Below, one piece after another: positions 34,846 to 46,871 of a stretch of 64,000 nucleotides of DNA (position 1 is the stretch's first letter; the number at the start of each line of letters is the position of its first letter). A model generated the notes under the pieces. The model saw only the letters and a program-made list of their open reading frames with translations, had not been told where the DNA came from and ran no database searches. This DNA comes from Massalongia carnosa (Eukaryota), in NCBI GenBank assembly GCA_965645245.1, contig OZ287086.1:372001-436000 (forward strand), written 5' to 3'. The position numbers were made by a program, and so were the translations under genes.

Positions 34846-37800
34846 TGTTGAACAAAAAATCAACCAGGCATACGGCAGCGGGATGCAGGAGAAGAGGGTC
34901 TAGGGCTATCAAGGATAGGCAAAGAGAAGTGCTTGGCAAACGTGATGCAGGTACTCCGTATTTCCAGTAAAGATACTCCAAATTTAGCTATCTGCTGAAC
35001 TGAATTCTGAACGACTGAATAGCTAAATTACATGAGGAATCATCGTCTCTTTATACTGCTTGAGGGCCTCCATCTCGGCCTATATCAAATGCATGAACCT
35101 GCTTCCTTTGAACCTTTTCAGCTGGGCAAAATACACCTCGTTGCTGACCGGAGACACCGAGACACTCAGTGATCATGAACAGCTGAATTGCCTCCGAAAT
35201 GTAGCATTCTTGCTGCATACTTTTGCCTCCTCGTAGTTGCCGAAGTCGTGCCGATATCTGAAGCTTTTCGCATATAGCATATGATTGCCTAATCTGGAAA
35301 TTAGTAAGCAGGAGGCAAAAGAACCTCGGTCGCAAATATTCAGGTATCTCGGCAAATTCCAATACTCCCACTCCGAGTATCTGAATGGCTTCATACCCTC
35401 GCATGCCCAAAAACGAATTAAAAGAAATCCTCCGCGTTCTGCCCATCTGAACACGATGCTCAGGTAGGCCATGGGCCCTCGTGGGCCGATGTGGTTGCGA
35501 TAAACTATCGCTAACTCTCTAGGTTTCCTTCATACCTAGTAGAGCACGTCCGCGTTCAAAAGCCGCCTTGGTCAAAGGCTTTGTTAGAATATCAGCTGCC
35601 ATCTCGTTGGTGGGAACATAGCTGATTTGGATAAGTCCATCCTCCACTACCTCGCGAATGTAGTGATATTGCACATCGATGTGCTTCGTACGTGAGTGGT
35701 TTTCGGGGTTTCTGACGAGTGCAATGGCCCCTTGATTATCACACCGAAGTTCGATGGCTCCTCTCTCTCTAATCCCAAGTTGCTGTAGCCAGCGACCTGC
35801 CCAAACGAGCTGTTTTGAAGCCTGGCATTGCGAAACGTATTCGGCTTCAGTGGTTGAGGTAGAAACAGTGCGTTGTTTCTTGCTGGTCCAGATGCATGCT
35901 GAATTTGCAAGAAGCAAAGTCATGCCATGTGTGGATTTTCGATTTTCCGAGGAATCGGCATAAGCCGCATCCGCGTACCCTATGGGGGTGTTGCCTTTCG
36001 GGCTAGGGCCATAGACTAGGCCTAAGCTTGCAGTGCCTTTCAAATACCTAATTACTCTATCCAGCGCAACTCGATGCTTTACACCTGGATCGTGACTGAA
36101 TTGACTTAACTTGCCAATTGCAAAGGCTATGTCAGGTCTGGTACTTGTCATGGCATACATTAGACTTCCTATCCTTTTCTGATACTCCAGTTGGTCGGTC
36201 CTGGGTTCCGTGGGGGTGGCGGCAGTCAGTGCTGCATATCCATCAATAGGAGTTGAAACTGGGTGTGCATTTTCCATCCCATATTTCGAAATGAAGTTGT
36301 TGATGTATACTGACTGATCTAGTGTTAGATTTCTAGATTTTCGGTTCCTCCGCACTCGCATTCCCAGGATATGGTCCACCTCTCCCAAATCCTTCATCTT
36401 ATACTCCCGTTTTAGCTGTGCCTTGACTGCATTGATGCGGGATATTTTGGCGGCAAAGATGAGAAGATCATCGACGTATACTGAGATAATGACGCCGGCT
36501 TGGAGGTTTATGAACACACAATTGTCGGCTGAGATTGGTTCGAATCCAATGGATCTCAGATACCTTCTGAACTTTCTGCTCCAGATTCGGCCGGATTGCT
36601 TGAGACCATAAAGACCTTTTTGCAGTAGAAGGGCCTTATTTTTTCCGTTCGGAACATCCATTCCCTCTGGTATTTCCATGTAGATTTCTTCTTCCAACTC
36701 ACCTTCTAAATAGGCATTTGAAACGTCCATTTGATGTGCTTCCAGGTTCAGTAACGCAGTAATTGCCATTAAAATTCTCAGAGATTCGAACCTTAAGGTG
36801 GGTGCAAATGTCTCTTCGTAATCAATGCCATATTTCTGACTGAAACCTCTAGCACAAAGTCTGGCCTTGAACCGCTCAATAACTGCGGCGGATGTGTATT
36901 TGATTTTGAACACCCATTTCGAAGTTATTAGCTCACGGTTTTTCGGCCTCGGCACGATGATAAACGTGCGTTTCCACCGCAGCGCTTCCAGCTCTTCTTC
37001 CGTTGCCCCCCTCCATTCACGGCGATTTGGTCCAGTCATGGCTTCCTTATAGGTAGCCGGTTCAGGCAATCGAGCTATATAAACGATAGCCATTGGTGCT
37101 TTTGACTTATCAAATGCCTTGGAGTCATACGGCTTTTTCGTGCGTCTTGACCGGGAAGATGCTGCGGAAACAAGCTGTTGATTTTTCGGTGGGAGCGTGG
37201 CTTTCTGCCCCCTTTTTGAATTCTGTGCTGGCTCTGGCGAATTTCGCCCAGTAGTCGGCAGACCTTCGAATTCTGGCGCTCGGATTTCAGTTTCCGAGGT
37301 CTCGTTTCCTTCTTCTTGATTTCCCGGAGTTTCGCGATTTCCGGGAATATCGCCTTCATTCAGTGAGGGATTCTCTGCACCCTCAATACTTTCTCCGGGA
37401 ACATTATCGCCTAGAACTATTGCGTCGTCATTTTCTAGGTTTGATGTTCCCTGAAACTCTAAGGCTGTCTCAGGGTTGGTAAGTTTGTGCGTAGGAACTC
37501 CTTGTTCCTCATCCGGTTCGTAGTCCGAATCTGCAACATCTAACTCCCACTCACCCGGTTCCACTGGTGCGTTCAGTAAAGGGCCTCCTGGCCAATCCTC
37601 GAAAAACTTCACTGAGGTATGTACTCCCACTGTTTTCGTATCAGGATTATGCACCTTATACTGTCTTGATGACCGGAATCCAACGAGAATTCCCTGATGG
37701 GATACCTTATCCATCTTCGCACGAGTTTCGCTAGGAACGTGCACGTGTACGAGGCATCCATAGGTCCTTATATGGCCTACCTCTGGCTTCTTCTGGTGCC

Positions 37801-40800
37801 ACATCTCATATGGGGTCTTCATATCAAACCGCTTCGACGGAAGCCGATTCTTCAGATAATTGGCAGTCAGTACTGCGTCCCCCCAAAATGACCTAGGCAA
37901 CCCAGACCACATCTGCATCGCTGATACCATCTGCATCAGCGTTCTATTGAGTCTTTCTGCAACCCCATTCTGCTCAGGGGTATAGGCCGTGGTAAACTCC
38001 ACCACTATTCCTTCCGGCAATATCGTTCTAGCCAGTTTTTCATACTCCAAAGCGTTATCACATCGCAAGGTCCTGATTCGCTCCCCTGTCTCGATCTCGG
38101 CACGATTTTTGAACATCCGAAAGAGCTTTTCTAGCTCGCTCCTGGCCCCGAGGTAAACATCCGAGTAGCCGGTGGCTTCGTCGGTGAAGGACACAAAATA
38201 CTTGGTCCCCTGGTTATTGGGCACCCGATATGGACCCCAAAAGTCTGAATAGACTCGTTCCAGACGGCGGGTAGCCCGTTCTGGTGGGTTTCGGTTGATT
38301 ATTCGAGTCATTTTCGTCTGAGTACATGTGATGCATTTGCATTCCTTCTCATGGTCATGTAACTTGGCTCCCACTCCATTAGTGGCTTCATGGAGGACAG
38401 TGAGTCTGTATGCTCCCACGTGCCCCATGCGGCCATGCCATAGTAGGTATCGGTCTCTTTCTAATTGGGACCGAGTGCTAATTGCTTTTTTGTTGTCTTT
38501 TGCATTTTCTGGCATTCTTGGCAAATTCTGATTTCCGGACGATCTTTCGCTGATATTTGGATCAGAAGTAATAGGGATTTCTTCCTCGGGATCCTCAGTG
38601 GCTATCAGGGCCACTCCGCTTCCTGCGGATCGGAGCAGGTACGTTTTTCCCACCAAAAACCCGGTGGCGAGGCAGGTACCTCTCCTCAAAATTTCGACGC
38701 AACTCAATCCAAACCTCACAATCATTCCTCTAGCTTGTAATGCCGAAATTGACAACAAATTCGCATCCAGCTCAGGTACGTATAACACTTCTGTGAGTTT
38801 GAACTTCTTATCCTCCAGCTCCACAGCCACATCACCTTTACCAGGTGATTTAATCTTTACCCCATTAGCTATCGTCACCCAACTTACCTGCAGTGTAAAG
38901 TTTGTGAATAGCTTCCGATTGGCCGTCATATGGCGACTGGCCCCTGAGTCAATAATCCACTCATTCGGGGGTATTACTTTGGAAGTGAGTTTTGCCACTC
39001 TAGCAAAACTCTTAGGGGAGGAGCACTTCTGGGAAGTGCGATAGCGCGCCCCATTGTTGACGTAGTCGGTGTAATCCTCATGGTCGCTCTGGTCCACGTG
39101 GTCAATGGCCATGCGACCGTACACTGACTCGTCGTCGCTATCCTCACTGTCGCTGTCCCTTGTGCCGGATGCTTTGCGTGCAAGGTGACCTCCTCGGCCC
39201 TTGCCACGTCTGCCATCCCTTAACTTTTCCTCTCCCTTACCTCCGTCCTTGGCTTTCTTGCCCTTTGATTGGGCCGTGCTGGCGGTATCTTCATTGTAGG
39301 CCTTGCCTTCGTCACTGGCAAGCCATTCAAAACACTTGGTTTTCACGTGACCAGGTTTCTTGCAGTGGTAACATTTCCCCTTAAACTTATAGGGCTTGGC
39401 GGAGACCTTATTAGCGATTTCATAGGGGGTCCCCGCGTTATCTCTGGCCATCTGCTCGATTTCCTTATATTTTTCAATCACCTTCCGAAACGTGAGGTTT
39501 TCCAAGTCGTTTAATTGCAATTTCACCGCATTATACCGCTCGTGATCCACCGAATCCATTAGGACTAGGGCCATCATGATATCGGATGGCTTCACCTCTG
39601 GGTTGATATTTGCGATGATATCCCTCATATCTTCTAGCTCTGCTGCAGTCTCATCCACTCCTTCCTCTGCCTTGGCCTTATACGTATGAAATCGGCGGAG
39701 CATGGGGACCAAGCGTGTCCTGGAGTCTTTGCCGTGAATTTCCTTTTGGGCATCCCATACCCCTTTGGCAGATTGCTGCAGTTGCACATGCTTCTGCTGC
39801 CTTTCATCCATGGCTCCCATGAGGATGGTGATTGCTGTGGCGTCATCAAAGATCCACGAGTCTCTATCCAAAGGCATGCTTCCTGGTGGTTCGAGTATCT
39901 CTCCACTGACTACTTTCCAGAGCCCTTTGGCAATTAAGTGCACCTTCAAAAGGTGGGACCACAGCCTGTAGTTGTCGCTAGTAAGTTTTGGCAGTTTTAC
40001 TTCACCTTTCACACCGGCACCCCTTTTATATCCCCCATCAATGGCTGTCATAGCCGCTAGGCCCTTGTCCTTTGATGAGGAGGCCTTGCTTGCCTCGGGG
40101 GTGGTGGATGCCCTCATGGCACCTCCGGTATCTTGGCTGTCTTCTGAGGCAGACATTTTGGTGGTGAAGGAGTCGTCCTATTCGAGTGCCGAAATGGATA
40201 GCTAGGAGTTCAAACAAGCACACGGGCTATATCCCCTAAGATAAAAGATCTAGTGATAAATACTCCTGGATTTGAATAGAGTGCTATCCGGGCTCATAAC
40301 CTGTTGAACAAAAAATCAACCAGGCATACGGCAGCGGGATGCAGGAGAAGAGGGTCTAGGGCTATCAAGGATAGGCAAAGAGAAGTGCTTGGCAAACGTG
40401 ATGCAGGTACTCCGTATTTCCAGTAAAGATACTCCAAATTTAGCTATCTGCTGAACTGAATTCTGAACGACTGAATAGCTAAATTACATGAGGAATCATC
40501 GTCTCTTTATACTGCTTGAGGGCCTCCATCTCGGCCTATATCAAATGCATGAACCTGCTTCCTTTGAACCTTTTCAGCTGGGCAAAATACACCTCGTTGC
40601 TGACCGGAGACACCGAGACACTCAGTGATCATGAACAGCTGAATTGCCTCCGAAATGTAGCATTCTTGCTGCATACTTTTGCCTCCTCGTAGTTGCCGAA
40701 GTCGTGCCGATATCTGAAGCTTTTCGCATATAGCATATGATTGCCTAATCTGAAAATTAGTAAGCAGGAGGCAAAAGAACCTCGGTCGCAAATATTCAGG

Positions 40801-40820
40801 TATCTCGGCAAATTCCAATA
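34846..40820 (-). mobile_element. Full-length, apparently intact Ty1/Copia element with TA...CA LTR ends
   Basis: 519-bp LTRs 34846-35364 and 40302-40820 (1 substitution seen). TSD GTTTC at 34841-45 and 40821-25. PBS GGTTATGAGCCCGG at 40288-40301. PPT GGAGTGGGAG at 35365-74. Confidence 0.97.
35519..40156 (-). CDS. Copia gag-pol polyprotein, 1545 aa, uninterrupted
   Basis: CYHCKKPGHVKTKC, IDSGAS, YSDFWG/RCDN/NGVAER, YVDDLL, RNase H ADAAY..EAEY..CDN. Confidence 0.96.
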   Translation of the reverse strand: MSASEDSQDTGGAMRASTTPEASKASSSKDKGLAAMTAIDGGYKRGAGVKGEVKLPKLTSDNYRLWSHLLKVHLIAKGLWKVVSGEILEPPGSMPLDRDSWIFDDATAITILMGAMDERQQKHVQLQQSAKGVWDAQKEIHGKDSRTRLVPMLRRFHTYKAKAEEGVDETAAELEDMRDIIANINPEVKPSDIMMALVLMDSVDHERYNAVKLQLNDLENLTFRKVIEKYKEIEQMARDNAGTPYEIANKVSAKPYKFKGKCYHCKKPGHVKTKCFEWLASDEGKAYNEDTASTAQSKGKKAKDGGKGEEKLRDGRRGKGRGGHLARKASGTRDSDSEDSDDESVYGRMAIDHVDQSDHEDYTDYVNNGARYRTSQKCSSPKSFARVAKLTSKVIPPNEWIIDSGASRHMTANRKLFTNFTLQVSWVTIANGVKIKSPGKGDVAVELEDKKFKLTEVLYVPELDANLLSISALQARGMIVRFGLSCVEILRRGTCLATGFLVGKTYLLRSAGSGVALIATEDPEEEIPITSDPNISERSSGNQNLPRMPENAKDNKKAISTRSQLERDRYLLWHGRMGHVGAYRLTVLHEATNGVGAKLHDHEKECKCITCTQTKMTRIINRNPPERATRRLERVYSDFWGPYRVPNNQGTKYFVSFTDEATGYSDVYLGARSELEKLFRMFKNRAEIETGERIRTLRCDNALEYEKLARTILPEGIVVEFTTAYTPEQNGVAERLNRTLMQMVSAMQMWSGLPRSFWGDAVLTANYLKNRLPSKRFDMKTPYEMWHQKKPEVGHIRTYGCLVHVHVPSETRAKMDKVSHQGILVGFRSSRQYKVHNPDTKTVGVHTSVKFFEDWPGGPLLNAPVEPGEWELDVADSDYEPDEEQGVPTHKLTNPETALEFQGTSNLENDDAIVLGDNVPGESIEGAENPSLNEGDIPGNRETPGNQEEGNETSETEIRAPEFEGLPTTGRNSPEPAQNSKRGQKATLPPKNQQLVSAASSRSRRTKKPYDSKAFDKSKAPMAIVYIARLPEPATYKEAMTGPNRREWRGATEEELEALRWKRTFIIVPRPKNRELITSKWVFKIKYTSAAVIERFKARLCARGFSQKYGIDYEETFAPTLRFESLRILMAITALLNLEAHQMDVSNAYLEGELEEEIYMEIPEGMDVPNGKNKALLLQKGLYGLKQSGRIWSRKFRRYLRSIGFEPISADNCVFINLQAGVIISVYVDDLLIFAAKISRINAVKAQLKREYKMKDLGEVDHILGMRVRRNRKSRNLTLDQSVYINNFISKYGMENAHPVSTPIDGYAALTAATPTEPRTDQLEYQKRIGSLMYAMTSTRPDIAFAIGKLSQFSHDPGVKHRVALDRVIRYLKGTASLGLVYGPSPKGNTPIGYADAAYADSSENRKSTHGMTLLLANSACIWTSKKQRTVSTSTTEAEYVSQCQASKQLVWAGRWLQQLGIRERGAIELRCDNQGAIALVRNPENHSRTKHIDVQYHYIREVVEDGLIQISYVPTNEMAADILTKPLTKAAFERGRALLGMKET

Positions 40821-41339
40821 GTTTCCACGTCGACTCTTTTTCTTTTTCTTTTTCTGTTTCTGTCTGGTTCACAAATGCACAAAGTCTCGTCGTGTCGTTT
40901 CCATCGCAACCACAATGCATCCTGACCATGACGAGCTTGTCTGAGACGAAATAACGGTTTGATCTGATGAAACACAACGCCGATATTATCAGGGTACACG
41001 GTGTTCAAATCCCTCCAGCGGCCAGATTCAGTCCATGCATGGAGGGGTATGGGGCGCAACCAACCGACCACCCGACCTACTGACCGCCTCGAGGTGCGAT
41101 CATATTATCTCTCGTCGGATGTAGCCTTAAGCCTTATTTGCCCTTTCTGCGGCTGAACTTAACGCGCATCCCTTCGAGTTACTGGTGGCCCCCGCCACGA
41201 GGACGAATTCTTCAATCTTGTGTTGGAATAGTATTTTTAGTCCTCCTGGCATCGGCTTCCCCATCACGTAGAGTTGGAAGGGTAGAGTCCTCTCGTCGTG
41301 CAAAGATTTTTGGACGATCTGTCAAGCCGAATAGAGTCT

Positions 41340-44300
41340 ATGTCGGACATTGTGAGAAAAGATAATTATGATTTGCAGGCCGAGTGGGACAGGGTCTTCA
41401 GATCATATCTCAAAACGACCGGGGCAGATCTTACGAAAAGTTCAAATCTCTCTCCCGACGAGGTTGTCGGCCTGATAAAAGCCAAGGAAGAGAAAGATGA
41501 AGCCGACGGTGCAAAGTTCAGGGTTGCAAAGGATGTTATTGGCAAGTTGCTCACAACCATTGAAACCCTTGGGAGTATTGCGGCGCAGGGCGCCGGTATG
41601 GTACTGTTCTCCCTGTCTCTTTACATCCGCGAAGGCGGTTGCTAAGCTGTATAGGTCTTTGGGCCTAGCACCATATGTTTCAATGCGGTGTCCTACTTGA
41701 TTGTAGCGGGGCGTAATTATCGGAATATTTTTAGCAGCTTGACAGAGCTATTCAGTCGAATTTCGGATGTTCTTGAGCGTTTCTCGATTTATCTGCGGAT
41801 GAAAGACGATGTGGACGTGGCGTTGAAGAGGATTATTCACCAACTCCTTCTGAGTTTTGTCAGCATTTGTGAGCTCTCGGTGAAGGTGCTTCACGGAAAC
41901 AAAGTTCTCAAATTTTTAAAAGTCTTCGCGTTCAACGAAGATGACGGGATTAAGTGTGAGCTGGAAAAGCTGAAAATCCTTGCCGAAAAAGAGAGTCAGA
42001 TGAAAGGCACCCTGACCCTCGAATCAGTCAAAGCGAATGAGCGAAAAGTTATAGCTGGCTTTGCTGAGACCAAGGAAGGATTACGAGGCGTGAGAGGCGA
42101 CATGGCGGGCATGTCTTCTACATTGGGCACAATTGCTGAGTCCGAAAAAAAACGGGAAGCGCTTTCAGTTGCTGAGAAGCAGTTTGAAAAAATTAAAGGT
42201 GCCTTGGGCAATCCAGAGGAGTCGTACCGGGATATTTATCAAAGCTTCTTGACCATCAAGCTTCCGAACACTGGAGAATGGCTTCGAAGAGAACCCAGTT
42301 TTATGTCGTGGGCTGATCAGCAATCAGACTCGGAGCCGATTTTTTGCATTTCGGGCAATGAAGGCTATGGTAAATCAGTCTTGATGTCCACCGTCATCCA
42401 AGCGCTCAGTAAGAAGTACCCTGCAGGACAAGACGACTTCTCGCGGACTTCTATAGCGTATTATTACTTCCAAAAGGACGTCAAGAGCTCGCAGTCATCG
42501 GATAGGGGCCACCAATCTATCGAGAAGGCTTTGAAGGCTTTGGCATTGCAGATTGCTCAAAATGATCCTGTATATCAAAAACATCTTGCGACGTCCATTA
42601 AAACCTTCGAGGACTTGAGCGAGGTTGAGCATCTATGGAGAAATTTGTTCACAAAGTTTTCCCAGATTGATGCAACCTTTTTCCTCCTTCTCGATGGCAT
42701 CGATCAGATAGACGAAAGACATGAAAATATCTTGCTTCAGCTTTTAAGGGATGTTCAGGCACGACCTAGAGTTAAGGGTTTGCTTCGCATACGGTTATTC
42801 TTGTCAACAAGAGTCGACAAGTTAAGAGAAACGAGAAAATTTCTGGAAAAACCATTCTCATCTATTGACCTGGCTCGGAAAAATGGAGATGATATCCAAC
42901 ATTTCGTAAAATTCAAAATGGATAAAATGAAAATACTGAGTGTATCGTCCACTCAAGTGCAAGGCTTGAGAGATGAAATCTTTGCTGATCTTACCGAAAA
43001 TGCTCAGGGAGATTTTGTGAACGTGGATCTTTTACTCAAAGAAATCGGTAGCATGCAGAGACCTTTCGAGATTCGTGCGGTGCTGGCCAAGGCCAAAGCA
43101 GGAGAAAATCTATCTGATACAATAGCTCGAAAGATAGAGCGATGCAACGAACTCCTCGGAGAACGAGACATACAAGATCTTAATGAGCTTTTAACCTGGG
43201 TCATCAACTCATGTCGACCACTAACACTGAGAGAGTTAGAGGCCGTTTTGTATCTGAAAAACAAAACTAGCGGTGCATCAATGGAACCTCTGCGCGAGCA
43301 GATCCAAGACCGATATTCTACCTTCTTCCGTGTATCTGATGAAGCCGACCTCTCCAAAGCCTCGGGTCCTGTTGTCACTCTAGTCTCGGATTCAATCATA
43401 GATCATTTTCGAAAGTCTGCCAAAACCGTAGATATCGAGGACTCACCAGCGGATGAAAGCATCAACGAATCAGAAGTCAAAATTATCAAAAGGTTCCTCG
43501 AATCGGTTTGCGATCCCGACTTGTTCACCAGATTCGGCTTCGAAGGGTTTTTCAAGCGCAAGTTGGCTAAAAACACCGCAGTAATCGCTGTTGACCTTGA
43601 TGCTGCGCCATTGAAACTCTTAATGGACTGCCTTCTTGTAATCAACGACGAAGTTGACGAAATGACAGAACCTCTCGTTGATCATGCAGCACTGTGGTTT
43701 CCTGAATACCTTCAACAAGTAGACCTTTCTTCGGCTCATCCGACCACCAAGACTGCCATTGGAAAGCAACTATTACCATTGTTCACTAGCAACCGACATA
43801 TCGAAAGATGGTGGAAAAAGAATGATTTTGGTTTGCGTTACCGGTGGCTATATAATGATAACTATATTGATCAAGTTTTAAACTGGCTCAAAGATGCAGC
43901 AGTTATTAAAGAACTTACTAACGAGGAGAAAGAATGGATCAAAAGTCTGACCTCCAACTCTGATCTCGACGTCGATCTCCTGATGCCTCTTACAAAGTTC
44001 CTCGCAAGCAAGTGGCTGCAAAGTACGGATTGGGGCACAGTTCTCCCCTTTATATGCGTTCATGGTTATATCATCAAGGTCCGTATCTCAGTGTCCTCTG
44101 GAAATAATCGCTTAGAACTTATGAACAGATCAAAAGTCGTAAGAATCCAGACCTTATTCATCGACTTGACAATGATCCAAATCCAATTGATATCAAGCCG
44201 TCCGACATTTACGAGGCAGCGGAGTGGGCTGCTAAACAACTAGAAGTAAATCAGCCAAGTTATCAGTGGTTGTGCTCTCTAGGCAAAACGTTTGCTTCGT

Positions 44301-45982
44301 GTGAGTATTGGGAAGATGCGATACGTCAATACAAGGTTGCTTCAGCTATGACCTCTGAATCTATGAAAGCGGACCTTGGTCTAGCTGAAGCATATATGGG
44401 TCAGGAAAAGTGGCAGCTCGCCATTCAAACTCTGACAACGCTAGGTGAAGCATTACAATCCGATATAAGCAGAGACGATAATGAATCTCTGCTTCGAAAT
44501 GTCTTCCGCTACCTTGCCAGTTGCTACGCGAATCTCGGAGAAGACACCAAAGCCATGGAGATATATCAAAAAGTTCTTCAAGATCGATCAGATGATTATG
44601 ACACCGCCGTCGACATTCTGAGGCTTCAAAACAGGCAGGGCAAGTTCACGGAAACAATCGAGTTCCTGCAGATGTTGAGGACGCACACAGACATAGAAAC
44701 CGGTCTCGATAGACTCACTCAATTCTATCATGAGTTTGCAGGCGTGATCACTTATCATGATACCATCTTCGAGGCTGCGGAAAAGGTCAACTGCCTCGAT
44801 TTTATCAAGAAATGCTATGAGACAGCTATTGAGGCCGCAAAAGCGAAGCAGGTATCGGTCGGTATATCACAAAGACAACAGATGGTAGTTGTTTACAACT
44901 TGCTTTCGTATTACTTCGCAGATCTACTATTTCAACATCATGTTGATGAAAGCGAAAGGATGCGCGCAATCTATCTCTGGGAACAAATTAGGAAACCAAG
45001 TGAGATTTCAGAAGATACGATTTTAGATTACCAGCTGTTAACTGCCCAAAAACTCTCTTTGGTGTATTACGAAAAGATGAAGGAAGCTACTCCAGACTCC
45101 GAAATCGTTGTCGAAAACATCAATAAGCTAATTCAGCTCTCGATTAATGAAAATTTCAAGATGATCTCGTACGATCACCTACTAACGGATTCCAAGATGC
45201 TGCTTGGTCGTTATTATCAATCGATCAACCGTAAAGACGAGGCGAGAGGATACTTAAGAGGAGCTGTTAAAACTGCTCTCGACCTCTTATCAGATGACGA
45301 TGTCGCCAACGACTGGCAAGGATACACGATACTGAAAGGAACATTGATGTACTTTGGTGACGATACCAATGCACTCGCTGCTTGGTCTTTAATCCTCCCA
45401 ACCACCGCTGATTCTGAGACTATCGAATATGGTCTGGAAAACGCAGTTGATGCGGTTTCAGGCTATGCTTTGCAGGGACCAAGTAGTGAAACGGTCACAT
45501 ATTCTCGGGTCAACCCTCTTGCGATCAAGCAAGAATCAATCGCACAAGATGCGGTACCTTCAACTAGTATTCTCCATGCGTGTGAACTGGAGAACCCTGG
45601 AAACCCCTCCAATGAGGCTGATTTAGGTTCTCTCATATCTCCTCCCAAACTGAAGGGACCGATCGGGCTGTCTTGCGATGGTAGATGCGGCACTAATTGG
45701 ACGTTCGCCGACGACATTTATGTTTGCAAAGACTGCCTAGATATCCAATTTGACTTCAACTGCTGGAGGTTACTCCAGGACGGTCAACTCTCCAAGAAAG
45801 TGTGCAATCCCAAGCACGAGTTTCTCCATGTGCCCAAATTCGACATGGAAGAAGCCAGAAGAGTGGGCAAAGAGAGGGTCAGAGTAGATGGGGAGATTGT
45901 GTTGATTACGGAATGGTTGAGGGGGATTAGGAAGGACTGGGGGCTTTTAGTGGAAACGGATAATACGAAAATCAGTAATTAG
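41340..45982 (+). CDS. NLR-like STAND protein copy 1: Goodbye-like N-terminus, NACHT, TPR, ZZ-like zinc finger (about 1512 aa; exons 41340-41600, 41655-44078, 44129-45982)
   Basis: GT..AG introns join the three ORFs in frame. P-loop GNEGYGKS, Walker B FFLLLDGIDQ, TPR-like helices, CDGRC..CKDC..C..CNPKH. Confidence 0.88.
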
Positions 45983-46101
45983 GACGATAGCGATGACAAC
46001 AAGAGAAATCAGGAAGTATGGTTTGATTGAGAACGCATCAGCTTGCTGGCTAATGGTGTCGTCATCGTGACGGCCAACACTCGATGTGTGGGCAGGAAGG
46101 A

Positions 46102-46862
46102 CTATGAAAATTTCCCCATCACTCTATTGACCGAACGATATGTTAGACCATGATCGATCCTTAGATAAGTTTTGAGAAAGCCGTAAGAGAATCTAGAGGA
46201 AGGTGCTTGCGCACAAGCTTTGACGGCGCACTCGAAGATATCTCCATCATGAAAGCCTTCAATGTGTGCGGCCTCCTCTTCTGGTGTAGTGAAAGCGGCA
46301 CCTCTTCCACGACGGCAATGATTCAAAGGACAGTAGTAGTTGGCATGCAAATCCCTCATGTGTTTTATCAAATGGTCCTTGCAGGCGAATTCCTTGATTT
46401 GGGCGTCGCAGGATGTGATTGCACAAAAATATGCTCGTTCCTTGGAGTGAACAGTCATCTTTTGACGCGCAAGATCGGAAGTTCTTCCAAATGGAGTTTT
46501 CCACTCGCAGCCTGGTTCTGTACAGAGCCGAGGATTGATGTGAATGTTGGTAAGGTGTTGCCGAAACAATGGTAGCGTTTTGAATTTTATTTTTGAGGTA
46601 TATCCCGGCCAACTGCATAGACTACCGATCCGACTATCAAGAATGTTGACACCATTCAGAGATGATTGGTGTAGCATTATAGTAAAGGCACTGAGCGCCC
46701 AGTTAGCGTGCTCCTAAAAAAAAACTCACGCAGATTGGTCCGCTACCAACCCGATCGGCAAAGTAGCATCCTGATCAGACTTGCCAGCGGATGCAAAACT
46801 CGAGGTTGCTCGGAGGTGCCAAAGGCATTTAAGCCGATAAGATGCTGGTCATATGTATCGAA
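46102..46862 (-). pseudogene. C2H2 zinc-finger gene fragment
   Basis: YFCAITSC..FACKDHLIKHMRDLH, YCPLNHC..AAHIEGFH, FECAVKAC..; 5' side ends at the Tc1 element. Confidence 0.65.
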
Positions 46863-46871
46863 GCCACTGTA

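Noticed and set aside
35051..35472. ORFs 35051-35446, 35173-35472 and 40507-40977 as genes
   Set aside because: They lie mostly within the Copia LTRs and recur only because the LTR is duplicated.
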